From Squalus acanthias (lineage: Eukaryota): a stretch of DNA of 64,000 bases. Below, in pieces: positions 23,815 through 36,584 of this stretch. The position numbers were made by a program, and so were the translations under genes. The stretch spans positions 10,604,001 through 10,668,000 of the forward strand of contig CM059433.1 of assembly GCA_030390025.1 (NCBI GenBank), read 5' to 3'. The notes under the pieces were generated by a model. The model was not told where the DNA came from. It ran no database searches and was given only the letters and a program-made list of their open reading frames with translations. The number at the start of each line of letters is the position of its first letter. Position 1 is the first letter of the stretch.

Positions 23815-25264
23815 TACATGCCCTCGCCACCTCACCCGACAGACAAGCATCTTCACAGATCTAAACTTCCCCAACCCCAATTTAGCCCTTCATGCAGGCT
23901 CAGCCTCACCACAACCTTAACACAACCAACCCTCGTCAAATCCACAGATTCTCCAACTTTCACCCGAGACCAGACCTCACAGTCACCCTGGTCAACACAT
24001 GCCCAAATCTTCAATCGATTGCCCACAAGCTCTGATGCTGCTGGCAGATTAAAGCCAAGACGTTTTAACACAGGAAGATTTTATTGGAGCTGCAATGTCA
24101 TGGATTCCTCCAGCAGCTGTTTGTTTTATTTCCCACCTGCAGGTCAGCTGTTTGCAGAGCTGCTGTTATTTGTTAACGGCACTGACCTCAATTCATCTGT
24201 GGTTCTAAGGGGAGCGAGCGTGAGGATTACCATCAGGGACTTCCAATTGATTTCACCAGCCATTTCTTTAAGTAGTCAACTACATCTGGTGTTTTGTCTT
24301 CCACAGCGCATCAGTGACAGATTCATCTGAAACTTAAATTTCTTTTAATACTTCTTTCACCCCCTCACCTCGAACTAAGACTCTCCCCATAATCCCCTCT
24401 GTGAACACAAAGAAGAATGAATTTAGTATATTTGCTATCGCTTGGTTAATTAATATGTTAACTTTGGGATCTTTCCTTGACCCCAATCACCTGCCAGCTA
24501 CGAATATAATTTTGTTAAAAGTCTTAAGCCTTCATGCACTTCCTGTCTACAAGACCTTATTTACTGTTGTCATGTTTTTGTTTACATTTTTGAGTCAACA
24601 TTTCCCTCTTCTAAATTCCCCTGATGTCAGCATTTATAATGAAAATTGCTTATGTAAACAGGTCACGCTGTAATTACACCCCCCGCCAGTGGTGGCAATG
24701 CAGTACCCCAGTCTTGCCTCTTCCAGCTCTCCAGCCTGTACTGCAGAGAAACTCCCAGGCTCCTTCAAGTTTTGTTATTTAACTATTTTACTTATAATAT
24801 TAAACCTGAGTAATTAAGGGGCAGAATTTCCGCAGGGGTTCTCCCGATTCTCCACTGTAACTTCAACGGAAGATCAATGAAACCTCTGTTTCCACCGTTA
24901 CTCCAGGGTTCCCACCAAAGTTCCACCTGTGTTTTTAAATTGTTCAAATGAAAATTTATCAATGGGTGATATGTTTTCATTGCTACTTATGAGTACAAAC
25001 TGAAACCTAGAAATATTTATAGAGTTCACATCAATTGTGTGTTAGATTAATGAAGCACAATAATGTGCAATTGCAGTTTAGATGTTTGCACAAATTGTGC
25101 AGTTAACTTTTTTGCTTTAAAATATAACTCTTAGGAGCATAACCAAAAGTAAAATAATAATGTGCATAATATTTGTATATGTATTTGCCTGTCCAGATGT
25201 TTGTCTATGTATATCCATATCCATGTGTGATTTTCTCTACATATAGCTGCATGTGCATTGACAT

Positions 25265-26024
25265 TGGCCCATAATCGCTGTCAAAATAATGGTGAGGCTA
25301 ATAGCGCTCGCCGATTTTTATGTACAAATGTCACAGTAAATTCAGGCGAGGGGCTGATGTGCAATTGAACACGGAAATTGAAAAGTTGCTGTTGCAGATG
25401 CACGGGTCCGCAGTTAGCTTTGTGAAAGTGGCATCTCGCTGTCTGGCTCCCCATTCAGATGCAGTGGTGTGAAGTTGCTGTATTTGCGCGGTAGATACGT
25501 AATAAACTTGCCACAGAAAGTCAAGTCAAATAATTTCAACTCTAAGTACTATTTTAATGGTGTAATAGGTGTTAATTACTGCCAGGCAACCTCTCTGGCA
25601 TGGGAAATTAACTATTACAAGTGTGGAGTCTCATTCCTTCAGCTTTTAATTGTTGTTTGAGTTTTTTTTAAATTTAAAATGTTATTTTTTCTTTCTGTCT
25701 CTCTCTCTTAATCCAATCTTTTGTTCCCTCTCTTTATTTCTCTTTCTGTACCTGATTTGACATTGAATTCACCATTCTAACTTACACTTCCTTGTTCAGA
25801 CCTTGTACTGTTAGTTTCACAATCTTTCAATCTGATTGGGTTAAGGAGGGACACAGTTGTTCTGTTCACACAGATCCCAGATGCCCTGTAGAGGGCGCTG
25901 CGCCGTTTCCGTCTCACACTTCCAGCAATTTGCAGGGCAAAATATCATGGAGATTAAACGGGCAAAAGCGAATCTAACTAACAGCGGGCGCCGTTCGGTG
26001 GTATGCCACAGCAATTATTGGCCC
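25265..26024. mobile_element. Harbinger-type MITE
   Basis: Ends ggcccataatcgctgt / acagcaattattggccc. Confidence 0.75.
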
Positions 26025-26427
26025 ATTATCGGCATGTGCTTGTACATCTGTATGTCTTAGATATACCTGAATACATGTAAATGTTTGTGAGTGTGAGTGC
26101 ATGTGGATTTATATTAGTTTTGCATGTCTGTGAGAGAGAGTGTGTGTCGGAGTGTTTGTACAGTTATGCGTGTTTACATGTCTCCAAGAGGCTGAAACCG
26201 AAAGGATCCACTCCCAACACGGAGCCTTGGTAGATGTGTGCGGGAGTTGGAGATAGGGCTATAACATTATAGCCCCAATTCTCTGACCCGTGCTTGCCAC
26301 TAGTAAGGTCTTGTGCTGGCAGTGGAGCCTCACAGTATTGGCCCCCCTATCGCTGTGTGTTTATGTTTGTGCACATCTATGTGTCTATGCTTGTCTGTGT
26401 CTGTGTTTGCGTGTATCAATATTTCCA

Positions 26428-27500
26428 TGTCTTTGTGTGTATACCTATGAGTAAACAGGAGCCCAGCTTCCACATGATCAATTATCAGTGTTGTTACTCC
26501 TCTGTTGCTCTATAAGGTGCTGGGCCTGTGCCAATTCAATGTACTCTGTTGCTAAATCTTGAAGGTTCACTTGCACTGCTGCAACATAATGGCCCAGAAA
26601 TTAAAGATGGAGCGTTCCTGCGGGGATAAGGCTTCCCCGCGATATCTCACTGCGCGCCTACCTTTTCCCTCCGAGCTCACACGAACTTTAGTTTCAAGGC
26701 TGCAGCTGTGCAGTGTGTGCGTATCCCAGAGACGGAGTTAGTTCGTGCGAGCTCTGGGATCACGTGATTCAGTTAGAGCCAATGGCAGCACACCATCTTT
26801 CATTCATAGTTTTAACAGGAAGGGCTGTCAAAGCTATGAATCCTACAAACCCCCAAAAGAACAGCTAAACCTCAATTAAATTAAAAAAAAAAGCCATCAC
26901 ATTAATAAAATAAGTATAGTTAAATAAATTAACCACTTTAAACAAAAAATTAAATTTTTGAAAAAATTTAAAATCTTTTTAAAAGTTATAAAAATAAACT
27001 TACCTTTCTTTAAAGTCTCTAAAAAAGATAAACCTGTTGAAAAAAATTTAAAATACTTAATTAACTACTTACCTTGTTAAAAGAGGGTCTTACGCCTCCT
27101 TTCTTTATGTGTAAAATCTTCCATGCTTACCTGCGCGTTCAAAGCACTAAGTGCACTGCGTGCGCGCAGCCTGTAGCGCGCACGCGGTTCACTTAGGAAC
27201 CGCCCCCTTTTGAATTCACGAAGTGCCGGTTTCCCGCGCATGCGCAGTGCATGCTGGAAACCGGCAATTGGAGACCTAAAACGCGAGAGTACACAGTGCG
27301 TACTCTCGCGTATTAGGTCTAATTTTCGGGCCATTGTGTCTTTGTGTGTATACCTATGAGTAAACAGGAGCCCAGCTTCCACATGATCAATTATCAGTGT
27401 TGTTACTCCTCTGTTGCTCTATGAGGTGCTGGGCCTGCGCCAATTCAATGTACTCTGTTGCTAAATCTCGAAGGTTCACTTGCACTGCTGCAACGTAATG
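26428..27500. repeat. 164-bp direct repeats (26428-26591 and 27337-27500) flanking a MITE
   Basis: Aligned by eye: 4 transition differences, no indels seen. Confidence 0.92.
26591..27332. mobile_element. Harbinger-type MITE with A-rich core and CpG-rich arms
   Basis: Ends GGCCCAGAAATTA / TAATTTTCGGGCC. Confidence 0.8.
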
Positions 27501-27656
27501 ACATAATTCAGAAACAACACAAGGTGGGTGCACCTAAAGAACACCTGTGCCAGCGTGGCTTCTTATTAAACAGGTCGCAGCGTTCAATTGTACAATTCTA
27601 CTCCAAAGAAGGAGTCAATGATTGTTGCTGAGAAATGGAGAGTTACAAAGTGTCGT

Positions 27657-28105
27657 GTGTCAGCTGTGGCTCAGTGGGCAGCACACTCGCCTTTGAGTCA
27701 GAAGGTTGGAGGTTCAAATCCCACTCCAGGGACTCGCGCACATAAATCTAGGCTGACACTCCAGGAGAGTGCTGCACTGTCGGAGGTGCCATCTTTTGGA
27801 TGAGACGTTAAACAGAGGCGCCGTCTGCTCTCTCAGGTGGATGTAAAAGATCCCCATGGCACTATTTCAAAGAAGAGCAGGGGAGTTGTCCTGGGGCCAA
27901 TATTTATCCCTCAATCAACATAACAAAAACAGATTATCTGGTCATTTTCACATTGCTGTTTAAGGGTGCTTGCTGTGCGCAAATTGGCTGTTGCGTTTCC
28001 CACATTACAACAGTGACTCCACCCCAAACTTACTTCAATGGCTGTAAACTGCTCTGAGACGTCTGGTGGTTGTGACAGGCGCTATAGAAATGTAAGTCTT
28101 TCTTT
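27657..28105 (+). mobile_element. Deu-domain SINE, near full length
   Basis: tRNA-like head with A box (tggctcagtgg) and B box (ggttcaaatcc), Deu core and 3' tail. Confidence 0.9.
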
Positions 28106-28956
28106 CATGACATTGCACCCAAATGTTTCCGTGCTTTTCTTTCTCCTCCGTGTCTTTAGGAAAGAAGTTGTTAGCTTTCCAGAGGATGGATAGATCTCCT
28201 TCTCAGTGCCAGGGATGCTTTACAGCTTTGTTTCACTGTGTGTGTGGTCCGTGGTAATGAAAAGATGTGAAAGAAATACGTCTTTTTAATTCTCAGATAG
28301 AATCCGAGACCATACATCCACACAGGCTGAGTAATTGGCAGATAAAAAGATTCCATCTTAGGTTTAACTGTAAATCTTACCTTTTGCAAGCTTCATATCT
28401 CAGTACCTACAAAACTATAGTATAGAACTACTCCAGTTCACATGTCGCTGTTACCATGCACAGGATACCCTTAACATAATCCTGTGGATGTTTGCAGTAC
28501 AGATAATTTGGTTACCAAATGTTGTCAATAAATATTTGACAACACAAGCAACTGTACTTCCAGGCAGTCAGTGAATGTCACTCCGCCTTTGAAGAAACAA
28601 TTCCCCTAGCACACGCAGCTGTTAAGAAATAAACAAGGCGTCCTGATGGCTCGGTGGGTAAGTAGATGACTAGACGTTTCAATGCTGCACCACATAGGCT
28701 AGAAAGGCCCATGGTTCAATTGTTGGTTTCTGCTGTCAACTGATCTTAGCCAGGGCACTAAGTTGGATGCAACAACTGGCCATAGTGTCGCCAGACTATC
28801 GAGGGAGAAAAAAACCCAACCAGTGCTCCAACTCTGGATTGCCATCCAGGAACACTTGTTGGAAAAGGGCACTTATGTGATCACCAGGTGAGAATAGGCT
28901 TGTGATGCCCCACAAAGCTGATTAACTTGCCAACACTCACCGCCTCAGTGCACACA

Positions 28957-30798
28957 TGTAGGCTTCGCAAAATCCCCCAGAAACTCGAATAGAACCCTAA
29001 AGGGGTGATTTCTGGATCTTAACACGAATTTGGAATGGTGGGACCGAAATGAAGGAATTTGAGGTCAAAACCTCAGTTTCGAAGTATATTTTGAAAAGAA
29101 TCAAGGAAGGAAAAAAACCTGAGGAAAATGACTTTGGATGATAAGATACCATTTTAAAAGGGCCATTGGGAAAACCTGCAGTCACAGAAACACAGGCTGC
29201 GGGAAGGGGTGTGGTGAGGCAGTGGACAGCTTTTGGATATTGGGACCAAGTCAAGCTGTCTGGGAGATGTTTGCACTGCAATCCAACCAAGGAGGAAGAG
29301 CCTCATCCAAAACCTCACAAACACATTCAAAAATGAATAAACCAAGACCCCTTTTGAAATCCCCAGGTCCAGACAGGATGCTGGAAGTCTGAAAACAATT
29401 CCTAACAAATAAAACTGCCAGTACACAGTTTCATAGCCCATCATCCCATCAAAAACCGATTAGCCAAGTATCGACAGGAACCGTTTAACAAGCCCGCCAA
29501 AACCTAAGACAAAAGAAGCGAGATTTGGCGCGTAGATAGAGGCCCTGTCTCAATGGAAGACATCGGTAGCCATCAGGACAAGTTAACACAAAGTTAAAGT
29601 CATCAGACTTAACGAGCCCGCCAAAACCTAAGACAAAAGAAACGAGACTTGGCGCGAAGATAAACAGGCCTCAACTGAAACCTAAATCACTTTAACGCGA
29701 AATCGATTAGTAAAGCAGTTTTGGCGCGAAAAACACAATGGACCTGAACAGTATAATTGGGGGCCTATTCCCCCAAGAAGCAAGAAAGGAAGGAGCGAAG
29801 AAAGAGAGCCACACAGGTTCGACACCAGAGCCAAGCAACAAGGAATTTCGGAAGGAAGGCAGGCCTAAAGCCACGGGCAAGAAGACACGAGGAACCCGAG
29901 AGACACTGTGGTGGTGTCTGTTCAAGCCGTGCGGTTTGTTACAACACTATACTTAAAGTTAGTTCAAGGCTGTCCAGAGAGGCAGTTTAAAGTTAGTAAC
30001 AGTACCGAGGCATGCAAGGACAACACGCCACAGTAAAGGGGGTTCATCAACGGACCCGACTGGGAAAAAGGTTCCCAAACGCCTCGCAGCAACCAAGGCC
30101 CCACGAACCAACCAACACAACGCCACCGACCAACCAGGTGCGAACCAGGCCGCCGCGACCACTGAAAGACCAACACCAGGAAAAACCGAAGACACGCAAG
30201 TTTCCACGCTACAAACTATTCCTGACTTACCCCTGGGTAAGATTTTCCCTTAAAAAACTCTAAACCCTACCTCTAACGAAGAAAATTGGGTACTCGCCTG
30301 ATACATCCAATACGCACCTTACCGCATCAGCGGACAGACCCAAACTGACCTGGAGTGCAGCTGAAGTCTTCTACCACGTCCGGGGTACGGCAGGCCCCAA
30401 CAACCAAAAACCCCAGTGAACCCCGAAATCGCAAAATACCTCAACTGTCAAGAACTGTCAAGGAGTGGTGAGCATTATCCCTGGTCCTCTGAAATCAAAC
30501 CTAGCTAGGCAGTGGGATTGGGAGGGAAAAGGGGTTTTGTATACTGTAATTCTCCCTCGCCTGTACTGTGTGTTCCCCAACCTGTGTTTAAGTATTAAGT
30601 ATGTTTTAAGATTGTTTGTGTTGTATTTACCTTTTTCTTGAATAAAAGTTAAAGTTCTTTCATCAAAACCTGTTGTCCACTGCAAATTTGTTCACGACCC
30701 CCAAATAAGTCCAAGGTCTAGAACCAGGGGTGTGGGAGCGATTCGAACCGCTCACTGAAGTCAGAGGTGAAGCTGACCCTACCACACCACCCCCTACA
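28957..30798 (+). mobile_element. Solo LTR, 1842 bp, 4-bp TSD CACA
   Basis: TGTAGG...CCTACA termini; caca at 28953-28956 and 30799-30802; AATAAA at 30641; no gag or pol motifs inside. Confidence 0.85.
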
Positions 30799-31734
30799 CA
30801 CATGAAGAATGGCGGCTTGGGTATTGGAAAGCCGCCATCACTATGGCGAGAAAAGGGGGAAAAATGGCAAATAGGCGCAATCCCCAAAATAATTTTTTCG
30901 CCTTATGTTTAAATGATCCCCGTGCCAGACATTACAGCCCCCAAGTGCAAGGGTGGGCAAATCGCTTCCTTGCCACGCTCTGCCAATGTTGCTGCTGGCC
31001 CGGACATTAGGGGAAGCGGCAAAGGAGCCTCTCGGTGGCTCCTCTGCTAATTTTTCCCTCATTGTGGGAAGTGCCTGTCCTGAACAGATCATGGGGGTGG
31101 TGGGGTGGAATCACAACTGCAAACCTGCTTCCTGGCACTGTGAGGGTGAGCGAGCTCGCACATGAATATCATGCAGCTTTTACAGTACAGTGCTGATAGG
31201 AACAACAGCCCTGACTTTGCACAGCGCGATAATAGAAAGAGACGGTGTATTACTGCCTCCAGAGGAGCAGACCTCAAGAGCTGGCGTTCACCGCATTCCA
31301 CCAAAGTCAGCAGCGGCGATGATGGTAAGTACCAGCAGCACCGCAGGATGACTGAGTGCTCAGCCTGCCTGTACAAGCCAGAGAGGCTGATTTCCACTCA
31401 TTGCCCTATACAGACATTTCCTAACCATTGGAGAAGGTACACAGCCAGAAATGAAGGTCACAGTTCACAAATTTGCCCAGTTTTTTCCTCTGTTGCTGCT
31501 GATTCTATGGAATCCTCCCTTCAGTGTAATGGGCGCAGGTTCCACAGCACCAGGAGCTAGCCTAGATGTGGTTCCGTAATATAAAGGGGAGGGGGAATAA
31601 AATAGCTGCTGCTATTGTGTGGCATTTTTAACCTTTTAACCAACCCTTGACAAAAAGAACTCTTTCTGCTGATCAATTTCTCAAAGAGTAGATATGTTTG
31701 ACTCGTTTGTGAACATAAATATATATTTTTTTAT

Positions 31735-31868
31735 ATTAGTTTATGGGATGTTGGCGTCGCTGGCAAGGCCAGCAGTTATTGCCCATCCTTAATTGCCCTT
31801 GAGAAGGTGGTGGTGAGCCGCCTTCTTGAACCGCCGCAGTCCGTGTGGTGAAGGTGCTCCCACACGGT
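31735..31868 (-). mobile_element. 3' end fragment of the second CR1/L2-group LINE family
   Basis: Reverse complement of the end of 36585-37207. Confidence 0.8.
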
Positions 31869-32067
31869 GCCAGCGTGGAGCACCGCTTGCCATGAACGGC
31901 GCCTGGGAAATCTGATTTATACTGCAGTAGCGATATCTCTGTTACCATGCACACAGCCTGGAGGAAAGCCTCACCAAACCAGCCCCATACTGCAAATTGT
32001 AGAACGTGTGAAAAATATGGTACTTACCATGAGCTCTGTGCTCTTCTCCAACCTCTGAAGACCCAAT

Positions 32068-32348
32068 GGGCTGGATTTTGTCTTGGGATCGGGTTGGGGT
32101 CGTGTCATCCGCATTTCGTGTTTCCCACCCGACGCCAGATGAATGTGGATGAATGATGCAATTTTCACTTAATTGGGCAATTGAGTTCCAGCATGTGGGA
32201 ACCCATGAACTAATTAGTGGTTTCAGTCTGAAAGTCACCTCTGATGATGTCATCATTGCTGACTGCCTAGTCTGAGAGACTGTTGGTGAGAGAGGACCTG
32301 CCTGCTTTTGATGTGAGTGGACCTGGATGCATGATCTGGGGGGAGGAA

Positions 32349-32397
<49 letters not shown>

Positions 32398-32581
32398 AAG
32401 TCCTCTCACACCAAATGCCATGCAGTCTCTGAAGACATTCAATGCAGCGGCATCAGAGGTGCACGATGTGGGGGGAGGAAAGGCCTTTTGGAGGCGGGAT
32501 GGGGTCGGGACCCCCGACCCCGCAAATTTAACCCCCACACGCCTCCAAACCCGACTCCATGGGTCATTCAAAATCCAGCCC
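32068..32581. mobile_element. Harbinger-type MITE with AAT TSD and internal (GA)n
   Basis: Perfect 12-bp TIR GGGCTGGATTTT; aat on both sides; (GA)n at about 32351-32393. Confidence 0.88.
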
Positions 32582-33054
32582 AATATCTTCCAAACTCTCT
32601 TGCTGAAACAGATCAATTGTAGCCTCCTCAAATGGTGTTTGAGATTTCCCCTATGTGGTTCCATTAGCTGTTACACTTTGAATCATCCTACTGTCTGCCA
32701 GTTTTGCCTTTAGGCAAAAGAGCAGTGGCGGGGGCGGGGGCAGGGGGGTGGTTGAGACAGCAGCGTCATTTGGGCTTTGGGAAGTCCTACCTGCAATACA
32801 CTTGTTCAGGGCATAGTGTAATTTGCAGGACAACTAGTGACATCTGAATTATATGTACATATCAGGATTCTGTCCTCTCCATCAACCTCTGAAACCTCAC
32901 AGCTCCTTGGGTGGGAGTAAGTGGGCTTATCTGGAGCTGAGTGAGAAGAATTGCAGTGGCTCCAAGATGATTCGGCTAGTGATGGCACACTCGGGGATCT
33001 GACAGCTGAGCCTGGTAAGTGTGCAATACTTTAGCCACTGTTGGTGATTGACCA

Positions 33055-33230
33055 AATTGAGAGGTCGCACAACACCAGGTTATAGTCCAACAATTTTATT
33101 TTAAATCACAAGCTTTCGGAGTTACAACTCCTTCGTTTGTGATTTAAAATAAAATTGTTGGACTATAACCTGGTGTTGTGCGACCTCTCAATTTTGTCCA
33201 CCCCAGTCCAACACCGGCATCTCCGCATCA
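33055..33230. mobile_element. Penelope-like fold-back insertion, family B, short
   Basis: Inverted arms of ~55 bp; same tail ccaccccagtccaacaccggcatctccgcatca as 11088-11120; TSD tggtgattgacca at 33042-33054 and 33231-33243. Confidence 0.88.
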
Positions 33231-33497
33231 TGGTGATTGACCAGCCAGCCTGGCTCATTAACAGGACCTGCAGGGGGAATCCTGTCATTAGCGGCTGGGA
33301 TTCTTTCCACTCATTCCCAGATAATACTCCAAGTCAATGCCCAAATGGGTAGGGTGTTCCTGACCGAATAATCAGTGGGAAGCTGACCAGTGCTGTGTGT
33401 TGTTAAGCTGTATGGTTTTAGCTGGTTAAACTCCAGAAATATTCCTGTGCACTTTTGGAAGCTCCTGAACTTTGGCTCTGAAAGCTAGTACCTAAGT

Positions 33498-34069
33498 TAC
33501 ATAGAAACATAGAAGATAGGCGCAGGAGTAGGCCATTCGGCCCCTCGAGCCTGTTCCGCCATTTAATGAGATCATGGCTGATCATCCAAATTCAGTACCC
33601 TGTCCCTGCTTTCTCCCCATATCCCTTGATCCCTTTAGCCTTAAGAAATATATCTAACTCCTCCTTGAATATATTTAATGAATTGGCCTCAACTGCCTTG
33701 TGTGGCAGAGAATTCCACAGGTTCACCACTCTCTGGGTGAAGAAATTCCTCCTCATCTCAGTCCTAAATGGCTTACCCCTTATCCTTAGACTGGACTCCC
33801 CCGCCATCGGGAACATCCTTCCTGCATCTAGTCTGTCTAGACCTGTTAGAATTTTATAAGTTTCAATGAGATCCCCTCTCATTCTTCTAAACTCTAGCAA
33901 ATATAAGCCTAATCGACCCAATCTCTCCTCATACGTCATTCCTGCTATCCCAGGTATCAGTCTGGTGAATCTTCGCTGCACTCCCTCCATGGCAAGAACA
34001 TCCTTCCTCAGATAAGGTGACCAAAACTGCACACAATACTCAAGGTGTGGTCTCACCAAGGCCCTGTAC
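33498..34069 (-). mobile_element. CR1 LINE 3' end
   Basis: Minus ORF 33592-34059 with CR1 C-terminal motifs and tail. Confidence 0.95.
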
Positions 34070-34335
34070 TCTGGACATAGGTAAGATAGGGTTATACTTC
34101 ATATCAGGCAAATGGAAACTTTATCTGCATTGACTTCTTAGTAGCTTGTTTTGGAGACTCTGATGGGTTTGTGTGTGTGACAGACACTTAGGTGACCAAA
34201 AAGAAACTTGTAATATCTTACTTGCTAATTCTTGCTGACATTTACCTATGTCAGTGCAGGTTTTTGGATATCTTTTGAAAGTGAAAGTTCTCGTCAAGTG
34301 CAATTTTTGACGTGACCCTAAGCGACAATAATATT

Positions 34336-34722
34336 CAACAACAACAACAACAACTTGCATTTATATAGCGCCTTTAACGTAGTAAAACGTCCCAAGGCGC
34401 TGCACAGGAGTATTTTAAGACAAAAAATTTGACACTGAGCCACATAAGGATAAATTAGGGCAGGTGACCAAAAAGCTTGGTTAAAGAGGTAGGTTTTAAG
34501 GAGCGTCTTAAAGGAGGAAAGAGAGGTAGCGAGGCGGAGAGGTTTAGGCAGGGAATTCCAGAGCTTAGGGCCTAGGCAACAGAAGGCACGGCCACCAAAG
34601 GTTGAGCGATTATAATCAGGGATGCTCAAGAGGGCAGAATTAGAGGAGTGCAGATATCTCGAGGGGTTGTGGGGCTGAAGGAGATTACAGAGATAGGGAG
34701 GGGCGAGGCCATGGAGGGATTC
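34336..34722 (-). mobile_element. L2-clade LINE 3' end with (TTG)n tail
   Basis: GGRAFCCLGPKLWNSLP...FKTLLKTYLF; caacaacaac tail on the plus strand. Confidence 0.9.
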
Positions 34723-34799
34723 AGGCCTTACTTTGCTGACCTTCCTTAAGTTGTGTAATTTTTTTCTTTGTTTTACTTCCTTATAATCCTGAACACCAG

Positions 34800-35091
34800 A
34801 GCCTAGATTTTCTGATCCGGGTTATTTAATTTTTTTTTAAATATTCATTCCTGGGATGTGGGCGTGGCTGGCAAGGCCAGCATTTATTGCTCATCCCTAA
34901 TTGCCCTTGAGAAGGTGGTGGTGAGCCGCCTTCTTGAACCGCTGCAGTCCGTGTGGTGAAGGTACTCCCACAGTGCTGTTAGGGAGGGAGTTCTAGGATT
35001 TTGACCCAGTGACGACGAATGATCGGCGATATACTTCAAGTCAGTGGGTTACCACTAGAGTTAAAATAACACCAATCAGAAAATCTAGGCT
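34800..35091. mobile_element. Small MITE (17-bp TIR) containing a LINE 3' fragment
   Basis: AGCCTAGATTTTCTGAT / ATCAGAAAATCTAGGCT; LINE fragment on the minus strand at about 34830-35045. Confidence 0.75.
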
Positions 35092-35499
35092 TACGTTCAC
35101 CATCTGGGTGATGGACTCCCGCCAACACCTCATTCTCTACCGCCCTTCTACACACATCAGGTATATTGCTGCAAAGCTCCATTACAACATCCATTGGAGT
35201 ACTTCATCACTGAAATGTGCTTTAATTGCACACTCCCCAGCTACATTAATATAGTTTGGGAGATTTATATTGGTTAAATGGCTCATTAACTACTTGAGAA
35301 GCGCTAAAGGATCATTATTGCAGATGCATCTTGATTGGCTGCTGATGAATCCATTTTGACTGGATCGGCACGTCACCATTGTCTGCTCCTGGGTTTTTGT
35401 TAGTGCCTTCTTGACTCGTGAGAATAAAACCCCCCACCTCTCTTAAATGCATCATTAAAAGATGAATTTCAGGCCCAAGCTTTCTTATGTGAAAACTGT

Positions 35500-36160
35500 T
35501 ATTCAGTTCGTAGGGTAGAGGAGGTTGCACTCACTGCCTCTGCCACCTCCCTCCATAAAGTCTGGACCGTCCTCTTACGGGGCTTCCTGCCCTCAGTCCC
35601 CAGGAGACCTTCTTTTCGGGACCTTATTTCTGCTAGAAGGAAATCAAACAACAACAACTTGTATTTATATAGCACCTTTAACGTAGTAAAACGTCCCATG
35701 GCGCTGCAAAGGAGCATTAAAAGACGAAAAAAATTTGACACCGAGCCACACAAGGATAAATTAGGGCAGGTGACCAAAAGCTTGGTCAAAGAGGTAGGTT
35801 TTAAGGAGCGTCTTAAAGGAGGAAGGAGAGGTAGCGAGGCGGAGAGGTTTAGGCAGGGAATTCCAGAGCTTAGGGCCCGGGCAACAGAAGGCACGGCCAC
35901 CAAAGGTTGAGTGATTATAATCAGGGATGCTCAAGAGGGCAGAATTAGAGGAGCGCAGATATCTCGGGGGGTTGTGGGGCTGAAGGAGACTACAGAGATA
36001 GGGAGGGGGCGAGGCCATGGAGGGATTTGAAAACAAGGATGAGAATTTTGAAATCGAGGCACTGCTTAACTGGGAGCCAATGTAGGTCAGTGAGCATTGA
36101 TCCACTGAAGCATCAGTAAATCTGGGATCCCTTCCTGCCGCTGCCTCTTGCCTTGATGCT
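35500..36160 (-). pseudogene. Second Harbinger Myb/SANT remnant, split by an L2 insertion
   Basis: GRDPRFTDASV (about 36140-36100) rejoins EIRSRKEGLLGTEGRKPRKRTVQTLWREVAEAVSA (about 35640-35510). Confidence 0.7.
35646..36098 (-). mobile_element. L2-clade LINE 3' end
   Basis: PYLCSLLQPHNPPRYLRSS...GGRAF...KLWNSLP; nearly identical to 34336-34722. Confidence 0.9.
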
Positions 36161-36584
36161 ACTCTTCCCTCTCTAATTGCTACACTGTTCTACTACTCCC
36201 TGACTAAAATTGTTTGCTTCTTTAGTAAGCTGCGGCTTTCCAAAGGTTGCAGTAACACTGAATGTCCTTCCCTCCCAGCAGCATTAAAGTTCCATCCCAC
36301 TCCACATCACTAATGAGGACTAGTCCAGGCAATTTGCGTTGGTTAGTGACAAGGAAGGACGTGTGAGTTGGTGGAGGTTCTGCCAGGCCACTAACCTGCC
36401 AATGGATGGAGAATGCAGCCCACTGTCTCCCTCCGAGCTTAATGCACGTTTTAAAATTTATAGAACACAAAACAAAAGCTACAACAGGTGTGCAAGCAGA
36501 AGTCTATTTAATTTCCTCACACACTGTTTAAAAAAAAAGCACACGGGGTTGCGAATCAAACCCCTCCAGGATCGGAACCCCCAC

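Noticed and set aside
23758..24330. 190-aa ORF
   Set aside because: Starts at a non-ATG codon inside a MITE; no recognisable domain or exon structure.
27657..27730. tRNA gene (also near 53043 and 63358)
   Set aside because: A and B boxes belong to SINE heads and continue into the Deu core; no complete cloverleaf seen.
28160..28258. Plus-strand coding exon after a strong polypyrimidine acceptor
   Set aside because: All three frames stop within about 100 nt and no peptide is recognisable.
29707..30263. Viral accessory ORFs inside the long LTR
   Set aside because: Short overlapping ORFs on both strands with no recognisable domain.
31162..31560. 132-aa ORF with an internal GTAAGT donor
   Set aside because: No recognisable homology or codon bias; a non-coding exon cannot be excluded.
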